Assembly: GCA_018623495.1 (NCBI GenBank)
Contig: JAAZVP010000001.1
Coordinates: 55,991-119,990, forward strand
Reading direction: 5' to 3'
DNA length: 64,000 nt
DNA from: Halothiobacillus sp.
GTDB taxonomy: Bacteria > Pseudomonadota > Gammaproteobacteria > JAAZVP01
Program-made: the position numbers and the translations under genes
Notes under the pieces: generated by a model
Database searches by the model: none
The model's input: the letters and a program-made list of their open reading frames with translations, nothing else
Told to the model about the DNA's origin: nothing
Shown: in pieces, positions 51,539 through 61,794 of the stretch
How positions within the stretch are numbered: position 1 is the first letter of the stretch
Layout: each line of letters starts with the position of its first letter

Positions 51539-52076
51539 GCTCAAGCATCGCCTGGTGGGTGCCGCGGTCCTGTTGGCGCTGGCGGTGATCTTCTTGCCGT
51601 TCTTGCTGGACGGCTCGGGCCTGGAACAGGCCGAGGTGGGCGAGATGCCGCCGCCGCCGGCGTCGCCGGAGCCGCTCTCGCTGACGGTCGAGGCGCCGTC
51701 TCCGAAACAGCGGGCAGCCATGGAGGCGCCACCGACCACCGTGGTCGAGCCGGCCCCCGAGGCCGGGGAGCCGCCGGGGCCGGAGGTGGCCGAGCGCGAG
51801 ATCCGCGTGGCCGAGGACGAGGCCGGCGAGGAGGGCGAGGCCGCCCCCTGGGTCGTGCAGGCGGGCAGTTTCGGCAAGCAGGGCAACGCCCTGGAACTGC
51901 GCGACCGGTTGCGCGAGTCGGGGCTGTCGGCCTTCGTGGAGGCCACCGGCGAGGGTGAAGGGCGCCTCTACCGGGTGCGCATCGGTCCGTGGCTGGATCG
52001 CGGCGAGGCCGAGTCGGTGGTCGAGACGCTGGCCGACGAGCACGGGCTGGAGGGGCTGGTGATCCGCCACGAGTGA
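51528..52076 (+). CDS. dedD: SPOR-domain cell-division protein (DedD-like)
   Basis: N-terminal TM helix, Pro/Glu-rich linker and C-terminal SPOR domain (WVVQAGSFGKQGNALELRDRL...YRVRIGP). Confidence 0.75.
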   Translation: MENRLKHRLVGAAVLLALAVIFLPFLLDGSGLEQAEVGEMPPPPASPEPLSLTVEAPSPKQRAAMEAPPTTVVEPAPEAGEPPGPEVAEREIRVAEDEAGEEGEAAPWVVQAGSFGKQGNALELRDRLRESGLSAFVEATGEGEGRLYRVRIGPWLDRGEAESVVETLADEHGLEGLVIRHE

Positions 52077-52205
52077 TCCGGGGAAGCGCTGCCCGGGCCC
52101 GGGATTGCCGGGACATGGCGGGCGCGTGGTTGCCCCGAGGCTGGCGGTTGCTACAATGCCGGCTTCTCCAGTCGGGTGAATGTCCCGCGGGTCCGTGGCC
52201 TTTCG

Positions 52206-52703
52206 ATGAGTCTTACCTGGGTCGATTTCGTCATCATCGGGATCATCTTCCTGTCCTCGCTGATCAGCCTGGTCCGCGGGTTCATGAAGGAGGTGATCTC
52301 GCTCGCGAGCTGGGTCGCGGCCTTCTGGGTCGCGCTGATGTTCGCGTCCCCGCTCGCCCCGCTGGTCCCTGCCTCGGTGGAGGTCCCCTCGCTGCGCCTG
52401 GCGATCGCCTTCATCGTGCTGTTTCTGCTCACCCTGGTGGTGGGCGCGATCGTGAATTTCCTGGTCAACCAGCTGGTCAAGAAGACGGGGCTGAGCGGGA
52501 CGGACCGCGCGGTGGGCGTGCTCTTCGGCATCGTGCGCGGCGTGGTGCTGATCACCCTGCTGGTGCTGCTGGTCGGGCTGACGCCCGTGCCGCAGGACCC
52601 GTGGTGGCAGGAGTCCGTGCTGATCGATCATTTCCAGACGCTGGCCATCTGGGCGCGCGACATGCTGCCCCCGGACCTGGCCCGGCATTTCGTGTATCAC
52701 TAG
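52206..52703 (+). CDS. cvpA: Colicin V production membrane protein CvpA
   Basis: MSLTWVDFVIIGIIFLSSLISLVRGF... CvpA-family multi-TM protein. Lies upstream of purF, as in enterics and Pseudomonas. Confidence 0.85.
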   Translation: MSLTWVDFVIIGIIFLSSLISLVRGFMKEVISLASWVAAFWVALMFASPLAPLVPASVEVPSLRLAIAFIVLFLLTLVVGAIVNFLVNQLVKKTGLSGTDRAVGVLFGIVRGVVLITLLVLLVGLTPVPQDPWWQESVLIDHFQTLAIWARDMLPPDLARHFVYH

Positions 52704-52736
52704 GGCGCCCCGGGGGCGCAGGCAAGAGGTCGAGGT

Positions 52737-54245
52737 ATGTGTGGGATCATCGGTATCGTGGGTCACAGCCCGGTGAATCAGACGCTCTACGACGGGCTCA
52801 CGATTCTCCAGCACCGGGGCCAGGACGCCGCCGGGATCATGACGTGTGAAGGCGGCCAGCTGCACCTGCGCAAGGACAATGGCCTGGTCAAGGATGTCTT
52901 CCGCACGCGCCACATGCGCGACCTGGAGGGGGAGATGGGCATCGGCCACGTGCGCTATCCCACGGCCGGCTGCTCCACCTCCGCCGAGGCCCAGCCGTTC
53001 TACGTCAACTCGCCCTACGGCATCGCCCTGGCGCACAATGGCAACCTGACCAACTCCGAGGAGCTCAAGCGCGACCTGTTCGTCCAGGACCGGCGCCACA
53101 TCAACACCCGCTCGGACTCCGAGATCCTGCTCAACGTGCTGGCCCACGAGCTCCAGGAGAGCGGCAACCTGAACCTGCGGCCCGAGGACGTTTTCCAGGC
53201 GGTCGCCGGTGTCCATCGCCGCTGCCGCGGGGGCTACGCGGCCACCGCCATGATCCCGGGCAAGGGCATCATCGCCTTTCGCGATCCCCACGGCATCCGC
53301 CCGGTGGTCTTCGGCATGCGCGAGACCCCGGAAGGCAAGGAATACATGGTCGCCTCCGAGAGCGTGGCGGTGGAGGCGCTGGGCTTCAAGCTGATCCGCG
53401 ACCTCGCCCCCGGGGAGGCGGTCTACATCACCCAGGACGGCGAACTGCACACCCAGCAGTGTGCCGATTCCCCCAGCTATGCCACCTGCGTGTTCGAGTA
53501 CGTCTACCTGGCCCGGCCGGACTCCATCATCGACGACGTCTCGGTCTACAAGGCCCGCCTGCGGATGGGCCAGCTGCTGGGCGAGAAGATCGAGCGGGAA
53601 TTCCCGGAGCACGACATCGACGTGGTGATCCCCATCCCCGACACCAGCCGGACCTCGGCCCTGGAGCTGGCCAACCACCTGGGCGTGAAATACCGCGAGG
53701 GCTTCATCAAGAACCGCTACATCGGCCGCACCTTCATCATGCCCGGCCAGACGGTGCGCAAGAAGTCGGTGCGCCAGAAGCTCAACCCCATCGACCTGGA
53801 GTTCCGCGGCAAGAACGTGCTGCTGGTGGACGACTCCATCGTCCGCGGTACCACCTCCGGCCAGATCATCCAGATGGCCCGCGAGGCCGGCGCCAACAAG
53901 GTCTACATGGCCTCGGCGGCCCCCGTGGTGCGCTATCCCAACGTCTACGGCATCGACATGCCGGCGGCCTCCGAGCTGATCGGCCACGGCCGCAGCGTCG
54001 AGGAGATCCGCGAAGTGGTCGGGGCCGACTGGCTGGTCTACCAGGACCTCGAGGACCTGGTGGAGGCGGTGCGCCACGGCAACCCGTCGCTGGGGGATTT
54101 CGACACCGCGATCTTCGACGGCCGCTACATCACCGGCGACGTTACCGACGACTACCTGCGCGAGCTGGAATCGCAGCGCAACGACAGTGCCAAGGCGGCG
54201 GTCAACCAGAGCGGCTCCAACGTCGAGCTGCACAACCGGCCATGA
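52737..54245 (+). CDS. purF: Amidophosphoribosyltransferase
   Basis: [10 protein letters not shown]-terminal nucleophile. PRTase motif [14 protein letters not shown]. Confidence 0.95.
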   Translation: MCGIIGIVGHSPVNQTLYDGLTILQHRGQDAAGIMTCEGGQLHLRKDNGLVKDVFRTRHMRDLEGEMGIGHVRYPTAGCSTSAEAQPFYVNSPYGIALAHNGNLTNSEELKRDLFVQDRRHINTRSDSEILLNVLAHELQESGNLNLRPEDVFQAVAGVHRRCRGGYAATAMIPGKGIIAFRDPHGIRPVVFGMRETPEGKEYMVASESVAVEALGFKLIRDLAPGEAVYITQDGELHTQQCADSPSYATCVFEYVYLARPDSIIDDVSVYKARLRMGQLLGEKIEREFPEHDIDVVIPIPDTSRTSALELANHLGVKYREGFIKNRYIGRTFIMPGQTVRKKSVRQKLNPIDLEFRGKNVLLVDDSIVRGTTSGQIIQMAREAGANKVYMASAAPVVRYPNVYGIDMPAASELIGHGRSVEEIREVVGADWLVYQDLEDLVEAVRHGNPSLGDFDTAIFDGRYITGDVTDDYLRELESQRNDSAKAAVNQSGSNVELHNRP

Positions 54246-54844
54246 CCGCCCGGGGACTCCTGCTGGCACTGGTGACCACCCTGGCGCCCGGCATCGTCCA
54301 GGCCCTGCCGGCCCCGGTGCAGGGGGCCGTGGCCGAGATCCGCGAGCGCCAGGGCGGCGAGGCCGCGCCGTTTGCCGTGGTCAGCGTGGGCGAGCAGCGC
54401 CTGTATCTCTTCGGCGGCGAGCTGGGGGTGAAGACCTACCCGGTCTCCACCTCGGCGGTGGGCATCGGCAGCGAGGCGGGCAGCAACCGCACGCCGCTGG
54501 GGCTGCACCGGGTGGCGCGCACCTTCGGCGACGGCCAGCCGCGGGGCATGATCTTCAAGGCCCGCCGACCCACCGGCGAGATCGCCGAGATCCTCGAGGC
54601 GCCCGTCGACGTGCCCGAGGATCACGTCACCACCCGGGTGCTCTGGCTCGAGGGGCTCGAACCGGGGCGCAACAAGGGTACCGGGGTGGACTCCTTCCGC
54701 CGCTACATCTACATCCACGGGACCCAGGAGGAGGGGCTCGTGGGTCGGCCGGCCTCGCACGGGTGCGTGCGCATGCGCAACGACGACGTGATCGAGGTCT
54801 TCGACACGCTCGGGCGGGGCAGCCTGGTCCAGATCATCCGATAG
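54242..54844 (+). CDS. L,D-transpeptidase (YkuD) domain protein with signal peptide
   Basis: ATGA overlap with purF. Signal peptide. Catalytic motif [11 protein letters not shown]. The track's longer same-frame ORF (53459-) is rejected. Confidence 0.75.
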   Translation: MTARGLLLALVTTLAPGIVQALPAPVQGAVAEIRERQGGEAAPFAVVSVGEQRLYLFGGELGVKTYPVSTSAVGIGSEAGSNRTPLGLHRVARTFGDGQPRGMIFKARRPTGEIAEILEAPVDVPEDHVTTRVLWLEGLEPGRNKGTGVDSFRRYIYIHGTQEEGLVGRPASHGCVRMRNDDVIEVFDTLGRGSLVQIIR

Positions 54845-54851
54845 GAACGCC

Positions 54852-56033
54852 ATGACCAACTACCGGGACAAGGGATTCCAGACGCGGGCGGTGCGTGCCG
54901 GCCAGCGCCGCACCGGCGAGCAGGAGCAGTCCGAGCCCATCTTTCCCACCTCCAGCTTCGTCTTCGACAACCCGGAGCAGGCCGCGGCGCGCTTCGCCGG
55001 GGAAGAACCCGGCAACATCTACTCGCGCTTCACCAATCCCACCGTGGCACTCTTCGAGGAGCGCCTGGCGGCACTGGAAGGCGCCGAGGCCGGGGTGGGC
55101 ACGGCCTCGGGGATGGCCGCCATCCTCTCGCTGATGATGAGCCTGCTGGAGGCCGGCGACCACGTGGTCTGCGCGCGCCAGGTGTTCGGGACCACGGCGA
55201 CCCTGTTCAACAAGTACCTGGCCCGCTTCGGCATCGTTACCGACTTCGTCGACCTCACCGACCTCGATGCCTGGGGGGCGGCCATCCGCCCGGAGACCCG
55301 GATGCTGTTTCTGGAGAGCCCCTCCAACCCGCTCACCGAGGTGGCCGACATCCGAGCGCTGGCGGAGCTGGCCCGCGCGCACGACTGCCGGCTGGTGGTG
55401 GACAACTGCTTCTGCACCCCGGCGTTGCAGCGGCCGCTGGAGCTGGGGGCGGACCTGGTGGTGCACTCGGCCACCAAGTACCTCGACGGGCAGGGGCGCT
55501 GCGTGGGCGGGGCCGTGGTCGGTGACGCCGCGACGATGGCCGAGGTGCGGGGCTTTTTGCGCACCGCGGGGCCGAGCATGAGTCCGTTCAATGCCTGGGT
55601 GTTCGCCAAGGGCCTGGAGACACTGGGCCTGCGCATGGAGGCCCATTCGCGACACGCCCGGGCCGTGGCCCAATGGCTGGACGACCAGCCGGGCGTCGAG
55701 CAGGTCCACTACCCGGGCCTGCCCGAGCATCCCCAGCACGCGCTGGCCGGGCGGCAGCAGTCGGCCTACGGCGGCATCGTCAGCTTCCGTGTCGCCGGCG
55801 GCGAAGCGGCGGCCTGGCGGCTCCTGGAGGGCCTCGAGTGGCTCTCGCTCACGGCCAACCTGGGCGATGCCAAGACCACCATCACCCATCCCGCCACCAC
55901 CACCCACGGCCGGCTTTCGGCCGAGCAGCGCCGGGAGGCCGGCATCGACGCCGGCCTGATCCGCATGGCCGTGGGCCTGGAGTCCGTGAGCGACATCCTC
56001 GACGACCTCGGCCGGGGCCTGGAACGGCTCTGA
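54852..56033 (+). CDS. metZ: O-succinylhomoserine sulfhydrylase
   Basis: Cys/Met-metabolism PLP enzyme (SATKYLDGQG lysine). Lies after purF, as in Pseudomonas. Confidence 0.85.
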   Translation: MTNYRDKGFQTRAVRAGQRRTGEQEQSEPIFPTSSFVFDNPEQAAARFAGEEPGNIYSRFTNPTVALFEERLAALEGAEAGVGTASGMAAILSLMMSLLEAGDHVVCARQVFGTTATLFNKYLARFGIVTDFVDLTDLDAWGAAIRPETRMLFLESPSNPLTEVADIRALAELARAHDCRLVVDNCFCTPALQRPLELGADLVVHSATKYLDGQGRCVGGAVVGDAATMAEVRGFLRTAGPSMSPFNAWVFAKGLETLGLRMEAHSRHARAVAQWLDDQPGVEQVHYPGLPEHPQHALAGRQQSAYGGIVSFRVAGGEAAAWRLLEGLEWLSLTANLGDAKTTITHPATTTHGRLSAEQRREAGIDAGLIRMAVGLESVSDILDDLGRGLERL

Positions 56034-57235
56034 TGGAGGCGACCGCCCGCCGACAGCTGCGCGCGGTCTTCGATCATGCCCTGGCGGCCGTGCACGGCGA
56101 AACGGCCGTCTACCGCCATCTCCGATCCCGGCCCCTGGCGGGGCCCGTCGACGTGCTCGCCGTGGGCAAGGCCGCGGGTGCCATGTTCGACGGGGCCGTG
56201 GCCGGCTGCGACGCCCGCCGCGGTCTGGTGGTCACCAAGCCGGGCCACGGCCGGCCCCGCCGTTCCCCCGCCGAGGCTGTCGAGGTGCTCGAATCCGCCC
56301 ACCCGGTCCCCGACCGGCGCAGCCTGGCCGCGGGCGAGGCGCTGCTGGCCTTCATCGGCGGCCTGCCCCGGGGCCGCCCGCTGCTGATCCTGGTCTCCGG
56401 CGGGGCCTCGAGCCTGGTGGAGGTGCCGGCGGCGGGGGTGGACCTGGACCTGCTGGTGCGCGCCAATCGCTGGCTGCTGGGCAGCGGACTGGACATCGGC
56501 GCCGTCAACGCCGTCCGCCGGCGCCTGTCCCGGATCAAGGGCGGCGGCCTGCCGGGCCTGCTCGGCGACCGGCCGGCGCGGGGCCTGCTGATCTCCGATG
56601 TCCCCGGCGACGACCCGTCGGTGATCGGTTCCGGCCTCCTGGCGCCCGGCGCGGGCGCGCTTCCCGGAGTGCCCGACTGGCTGGCGGCCCGGCTGCCGGG
56701 ACCGTCCGCCGTGCGGGGTGGCGGGATCGACCTGGCGGTGGTGGCGAGCAACGCCCGGGCCCGCTCGGCAGCGGCCGAGCGGGCCCGGGAAACGGGTTGG
56801 CCGGTCCATGCTCGCGGGGCGCTGGTCGAAGGGGACGCCCGGCAAGCCGCCCGTGCCCTGGTGGCCGAGGCCGCCGGGGGACCCCCCGGGCTGTACCTCC
56901 GGGGCGGGGAGACCACCGTGACCCTGCCCGCGGCACCCGGGGAGGGCGGGCGCAACCAGCATTTCGCCCTGGCCGCCGCCGATGCCATCCGCGGGCGCGA
57001 TGACCTGCTGGTGCTGGCCGCCGGAACCGACGGCTCGGACGGGCCCACGGCATGGGCCGGGGGCCTGGTGGACGGGGGCACCGTCGAGCGGGGCGAGGCG
57101 GCGGGGCTGGACGCCCGCCAGGCGCTGGCGGCGGCCGATTCCGGGCGATTTCTCGATGCCAGCGGGGACCGGTTCGCCACCGGACCCACGGGCACCAACG
57201 TGATGGACCTCTACCTGGTCTTCAAATCGGCATAG
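56033..57235 (+). CDS. Glycerate kinase of the MOFRL family (glycerate 2-kinase/hydroxypyruvate-reductase-associated type)
   Basis: ATG overlaps the metZ stop. MOFRL-family hallmarks (VLAVGKAA...LVSGGASSLVE...LAAGTDGSDGPT...[11 protein letters not shown]). Confidence 0.7.
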   Translation: MEATARRQLRAVFDHALAAVHGETAVYRHLRSRPLAGPVDVLAVGKAAGAMFDGAVAGCDARRGLVVTKPGHGRPRRSPAEAVEVLESAHPVPDRRSLAAGEALLAFIGGLPRGRPLLILVSGGASSLVEVPAAGVDLDLLVRANRWLLGSGLDIGAVNAVRRRLSRIKGGGLPGLLGDRPARGLLISDVPGDDPSVIGSGLLAPGAGALPGVPDWLAARLPGPSAVRGGGIDLAVVASNARARSAAAERARETGWPVHARGALVEGDARQAARALVAEAAGGPPGLYLRGGETTVTLPAAPGEGGRNQHFALAAADAIRGRDDLLVLAAGTDGSDGPTAWAGGLVDGGTVERGEAAGLDARQALAAADSGRFLDASGDRFATGPTGTNVMDLYLVFKSA

Positions 57236-58656
57236 AGCGCCAGGTACTGCTCCGCGCTGCGTGACCAGCTGAAGTCCTGTCCCATGCCGGCGCGCTGCAG
57301 TGCCCGCCAGGCGTCGGCGTCCTCGCGCGTGGCGATGGCCCGGCGCATGGCCTCCGCCAGCGCCCCGGCCCGGGGTGCGTCGAAGGTGAAGCCGTTGGCG
57401 GTGCCGGCCGCGAGATTCGCCGGGGTGGCGTCCACCACCGTGTCGTTGAGTCCGCCCACCGCGTGGGCCACCGGCGGGGTGCCATAGCGCAGGCTGTAGA
57501 GCTGGTTGAGGCCGCAGGGCTCGAAGCGCGAGGGCATCAGGAAGGCATCCGCGCCGGCCTCGATTCGGTGGGCCAGGGCCTCGTCGTAGCCGATCCGCAC
57601 CGCCACCCGCCCGGGTCGCCGTTGCGCCCGTTCCCGCAGGGCGTGTTCGAACCGGGCCTCGCCGCTGCCCAGCACGGCCAGCTGCAGCGGTTGGTCGTCG
57701 AGGGCGTCGAGTGCCTCGAGGATCAGGTCCACCCCCTTCTGTTCCACCAGCCGGCCGATGAAGCCGAACAGCGGGATGTCGTCGGCCTGCGGCAGGCCGA
57801 TCTGGGCCTGCAGGGCCCGCTTGTTGGCGGCCTTGCCGGCGAGATCGTCCCGCTGGAAATGGGCCGGCAGATGGGGGTCGCGGGCCGGGTCCCAGGTGTC
57901 GGTGTCGATGCCGTTGAGGATGCCGTGCAGCTCGCCGGCCCGCGAGCGCAGCAGGCCGTCCAGGCCCCAGCCGAATTCGGGGGTCTGGATCTCGCGGGCG
58001 TAGGTGGGGCTGACGGTGGTGATGCGGTCGGCATGGACCAGTCCGCCCTTGATGAACGACAGCTGGCCGAAGAATTCCAGGGCCTGCCAGTGCCAGAGCG
58101 ACTCCGGCAGCCCGAGGGCCTCGAAGGTGGCCCGGTCGAAGATCCCCTGGTAGGCCAGGTTGTGGATGGTGAACACCATCCCCGGCCGGCCGGGCCGGTC
58201 GTGGAGCAGGGCGGGGGCGAGCCCGGTCTGCCAGTCGTTGCAGTGGAGGAGGTCGGGTCGCCAGTCGCCGATGCCCCGGTCGGCCAGGGTGGCGACACTC
58301 CGGCACAGGCCGGCGAAACGCTCGGCATTGTCGGCCCAGGGCTGCCCGTCGGGCCCCATGTAGGGGTTGCCGGGGCGCCGGGAGAAGCCGGGATGGTCGA
58401 CCAGGTAGACGGGGATGTCGCTACCCGGCAGGCGGGTTTCCAGCAGGCGCGTGTCCGGCTCGTCGAGTGCCACCCCCTCGACGGGAACGGCCGGCGTCTC
58501 CAGGCCCGCGAGCAGGTCGGCATAGGCGGGCAGGCACAGGCGGATGTCGTGCCCCCGGGCGGCGATGGCCGGGGGCAGGCTGCCGCTGACGTCGGCGAGT
58601 CCGCCCGTCTTGACGAGCGGGGTGGCTTCGCTGGTGGCGAAGAGGATACGCTCCAT
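57211..58656 (-). CDS. glgA: Glycogen synthase (ADP-glucose type)
   Basis: [23 protein letters not shown]... KTGGL motif and GT-B fold. Confidence 0.92.
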   Translation of the reverse strand: MERILFATSEATPLVKTGGLADVSGSLPPAIAARGHDIRLCLPAYADLLAGLETPAVPVEGVALDEPDTRLLETRLPGSDIPVYLVDHPGFSRRPGNPYMGPDGQPWADNAERFAGLCRSVATLADRGIGDWRPDLLHCNDWQTGLAPALLHDRPGRPGMVFTIHNLAYQGIFDRATFEALGLPESLWHWQALEFFGQLSFIKGGLVHADRITTVSPTYAREIQTPEFGWGLDGLLRSRAGELHGILNGIDTDTWDPARDPHLPAHFQRDDLAGKAANKRALQAQIGLPQADDIPLFGFIGRLVEQKGVDLILEALDALDDQPLQLAVLGSGEARFEHALRERAQRRPGRVAVRIGYDEALAHRIEAGADAFLMPSRFEPCGLNQLYSLRYGTPPVAHAVGGLNDTVVDATPANLAAGTANGFTFDAPRAGALAEAMRRAIATREDADAWRALQRAGMGQDFSWSRSAEQYLALYADLKTR

Positions 58657-58695
58657 GGTTTTGGCCCTTCGGGTTGGGGCGGCGTTCCATTCTCC

Positions 58696-58715
58696 TGTAA
58701 CACGGCGGCGTTACA
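58696..58715. promoter_or_regulatory. Perfect inverted repeat TGTAAC-N8-GTTACA in the divergent glgA/glgC promoter region (candidate operator)
   Basis: ccTGTAACacggcggcGTTACAagcttCTATATTcagg, with a -10-like TATATT downstream. Coordinates ±2. Confidence 0.4.
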
Positions 58716-58824
58716 AGCTTCTATATTCAGGTACGGATGGTCGCCCCGGTCCCGTGGACGGTGGCCGCAGCGGCATGAAGCCGTATCGCCCCAATTTCAG
58801 CTCGAGCAAGAGGAAACCGCAGCG

Positions 58825-60099
58825 ATGTCCGATGAGCAGCAGAATCCGCGTTTCGTCAGTCGGCTCACCCGCGAGACCCTGGCGCTGATTCTCGCCGGCG
58901 GGCGCGGGTCGCGCCTCAAGGACCTGACCAAGGGCCGGGCCAAGCCGGCCGTGCCCTTCGGCGGCAAGTTCCGCATCATCGACTTCCCGCTCTCCAACTG
59001 CATGAACTCGGGCATCCGCCGCATCGGCGTGCTGACCCAGTACAAGGCCCATCCCCTGATCACCCACATCCAGCAGGGCTGGGGGTTTTTGCGCGGCGAG
59101 TTCAACGAGTTCGTCGAGCTCCTCCCGGCCCAGCAGCGTCTCGAGGAGGGCAACTGGTACGTGGGCACCGCCGATGCCATCTACCAGAACCTCGACATCG
59201 TCGCCCACCACGCCCCCGAGTACGTGATGATCCTCGCCGGCGACCACATCTACAAGATGGACTACGGGGTGATGATCGGCGAGCACGTGGCCAGCGGGGC
59301 CGACGCCACGGTGGGTTGCATCGAGGTGCCGGTGGAGGAGGCCACCGGCTTCGGCGTGATGGCTGTCGACGAGCACGACCGGGTGGTGGAGTTCCAGGAA
59401 AAGCCCGCCCGGCCCAAGGCCATTCCCGGCCAGGAGGGCATCGCGCTCGCCTCCATGGGGATCTACGTGTTCAGTCGCGAGTTCCTCTTCGAGCAGCTGC
59501 GTCGCGACGCCGCCTCCGGTACCTCCGATCGCGACTTCGGCAAGGACATCATCCCCTCGATCATCGAGGAGCATCACGTCCAGGCCTACCGTTTCCGCGA
59601 CGTGCAGAGCGGGCGCCAGCAGTACTGGCGCGACGTGGGCACCGTGGATGCCTTCTGGGCGGCCAACCTGGAGCTGATCGGGGTCACCCCCGAGCTCAAT
59701 CTCTACGACCGGGAGTGGCCCATCTGGACCTACCAGGAGCAGCTGCCGCCGGCCAAGTTCGTCTTCGACGACGACGACCGCCGGGGGATGGCGGTGGATT
59801 CCATGGTCTCGGGAGGCTGCATCATCACGGGGGGCGTGGTTCGCCACTCGTTGCTGTTCTCGCAGGTCTGTGTCGAATCCTTCGCCGAGGTGGAGGATTC
59901 GGTGGTGCTGCCGGAGGTGACCATCGGGCGGCGCGCCCGGGTGCGCCGGGCAGTGCTCGATCGGGGCTGCGTGGTCCCGGATGGCATGGTGATCGGCGAG
60001 GATGCCGAGCAGGACCGCGCCCGCTTCCACGTGACGCCCAAGGGCGTCGTTCTCGTCACACCGGAGATGCTGGGCCAGGAAAACTCCCATGTCGTCTGA
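58825..60099 (+). CDS. glgC: Glucose-1-phosphate adenylyltransferase
   Basis: [44 protein letters not shown] is typical GlgC. The track ORF is extended upstream (57463-), antisense of glgA, and that extension is rejected. Confidence 0.93.
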   Translation: MSDEQQNPRFVSRLTRETLALILAGGRGSRLKDLTKGRAKPAVPFGGKFRIIDFPLSNCMNSGIRRIGVLTQYKAHPLITHIQQGWGFLRGEFNEFVELLPAQQRLEEGNWYVGTADAIYQNLDIVAHHAPEYVMILAGDHIYKMDYGVMIGEHVASGADATVGCIEVPVEEATGFGVMAVDEHDRVVEFQEKPARPKAIPGQEGIALASMGIYVFSREFLFEQLRRDAASGTSDRDFGKDIIPSIIEEHHVQAYRFRDVQSGRQQYWRDVGTVDAFWAANLELIGVTPELNLYDREWPIWTYQEQLPPAKFVFDDDDRRGMAVDSMVSGGCIITGGVVRHSLLFSQVCVESFAEVEDSVVLPEVTIGRRARVRRAVLDRGCVVPDGMVIGEDAEQDRARFHVTPKGVVLVTPEMLGQENSHVV

Positions 60100-61792
60100 T
60101 CCGCTCAAGGTGGTGCTCGTCTGGCACATGCACCAGCCGGACTACCGCGAGCCGGGATCGGGTGCCTACCAGCTGCCCTGGACCTACCTCCACGGCATCA
60201 AGGACTACACCGACATGGCCGCCCACCTCGAGGCCGAACCGGAGGCCCGGGCGGTGGTCAACTTCGCGCCCACCCTGCTCGAGCAGCTCGACGACTACGT
60301 GGGCCAGATCGGGGCCTTTCTCGAGGACGGCGAAACCATCAGCGACCCGCTGCTCAACGCCCTGGTGCAGCCGGTCCCGCCGGTGGACAGCGACGACCGT
60401 CACCACCTGATCCAGGCCTGCCTGCGGGCCAACAGGCGGCGGATGATCGAGCGTTTCCGGCCGCTCGAGGAGCTGGTCACCATCGCCGAATGGGTCTGCG
60501 AGCACGGCCATGCCCTCGACTATCTCGACCCCCAGTTCCTGGCCGACCTGCTGGTCTGGTACCACCTGGCCTGGCTGGGCGAGAGCCTGCGCGACGATGC
60601 GCGCGTGCAGCGGCTGGTGGACAAGGAGCGCCGGTACGGTCTGCAGGATCGGGTCACGCTCCTGCGGGTGATCGGCGAGGCCCTGGCGGGCATCGTGCCG
60701 CGCTACCGTTCGCTGGCCGAGGCGGGGCAGGTGGAGCTCTCCTGTACCCCCTACGCCCACCCGATCCTCCCGTTGCTGATCGACCTGCAGGCCGGCCGCG
60801 AGGCCCTGCCGACGATGCCGTTGCCGCTGTTGTCCGCCTATCCCGGTGGCGAGGACCGCGCCCATTGGCACGTGCGCCGCGGGCTGGAAACCTTTCGCCG
60901 GCATTTCGGTTTCGAGCCCGCGGGTTGCTGGCCCGCCGAGGGCGGGGTTTCCGAGGCCGCAGTGCGGGTGTTCGCCGAGCACGGCTGTCGCTGGCTGGCC
61001 TCGGGCGAGGGGGTGCTGCGCAACAGCCTGGCCGCCTCGGGAAGGCCGCCCCGCGACGGGCACTGCCTGCACCGCCAGTACGGCCATGTCGAATCCCCGG
61101 GCGTGCGGCTGTTTTTCCGCGACGACGGCCTCTCCGACCTGATCGGCTTCGAGTTCGCCGACTGGTCGGCCCACGACGCGGTGGCCAACCTGGTGGGCCA
61201 CCTGGAGAACATCCACGGGGCCTGCGACGACCATTCCGACGCGGTGGTCTCCATCATCCTCGACGGCGAGAATGCCTGGGAGCACTACCCCGAGAACGGC
61301 CGCGCCTTTCTCGGTGCGCTCTATGCCCGGCTGGTGGAGCATCCCGGCATCGAGCTCACCACTTTCGGCCGCGTGGTCGAGGCGGGCGGGGAATCCGTGG
61401 AGCTCGAACGGCTGGTGGCCGGCAGCTGGGTCTACGGCACGTTCTCCACCTGGATCGGCGAGCGCGACAAGAACCGCGGCTGGGACCTGCTCGGCGCGGC
61501 CAAGCAGGCCTTCGACGCCGCCGTGGCCGAGGGTCGCCTGCAGGGGGACCGGTTGCGGCGGGCCGAGCACCAGCTGGCGATCTGCGAGGGCTCGGACTGG
61601 TTCTGGTGGTTCGGGGACGACAACCTGCCGTCCGTGGTCAGCGAGTTCGAGCGCCTCTACCGCCTCCAGCTCACCAGCCTCTACCAGTTGATCGGCGAGA
61701 CCCCGCCGGACGAGCTCTCGCGGGTGTTCACCCGCGGGGGCGGGGACGGCAGCCGGGGCGGGGCCATGCGGGCCGGCCGGGGAGGCGGGTGA
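60089..61792 (+). CDS. Glycoside hydrolase family 57 protein (α-glucan-active; possible GH57 branching enzyme or amylase)
   Basis: [10 protein letters not shown]-terminus. GH57 catalytic-region motifs (...EGGVSEAAV... [12 protein letters not shown]...). Overlaps the glgC end. Confidence 0.75.
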   Translation: MSSDPLKVVLVWHMHQPDYREPGSGAYQLPWTYLHGIKDYTDMAAHLEAEPEARAVVNFAPTLLEQLDDYVGQIGAFLEDGETISDPLLNALVQPVPPVDSDDRHHLIQACLRANRRRMIERFRPLEELVTIAEWVCEHGHALDYLDPQFLADLLVWYHLAWLGESLRDDARVQRLVDKERRYGLQDRVTLLRVIGEALAGIVPRYRSLAEAGQVELSCTPYAHPILPLLIDLQAGREALPTMPLPLLSAYPGGEDRAHWHVRRGLETFRRHFGFEPAGCWPAEGGVSEAAVRVFAEHGCRWLASGEGVLRNSLAASGRPPRDGHCLHRQYGHVESPGVRLFFRDDGLSDLIGFEFADWSAHDAVANLVGHLENIHGACDDHSDAVVSIILDGENAWEHYPENGRAFLGALYARLVEHPGIELTTFGRVVEAGGESVELERLVAGSWVYGTFSTWIGERDKNRGWDLLGAAKQAFDAAVAEGRLQGDRLRRAEHQLAICEGSDWFWWFGDDNLPSVVSEFERLYRLQLTSLYQLIGETPPDELSRVFTRGGGDGSRGGAMRAGRGGG

Positions 61793-61794
61793 CC

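Noticed and set aside
57463-58824. Upstream extensions of real genes in the ORF track: glgC from 57463, trpA from 47719, the L,D-transpeptidase from 53459, the inositol-phosphatase-family gene from 34949, truA from 44965 and malQ from 60490.
   Set aside because: The extensions run antisense to, or in alternative frames of, neighbouring conserved genes. Homology starts at internal Met or GTG codons with ribosome-binding sites, and these were used instead.
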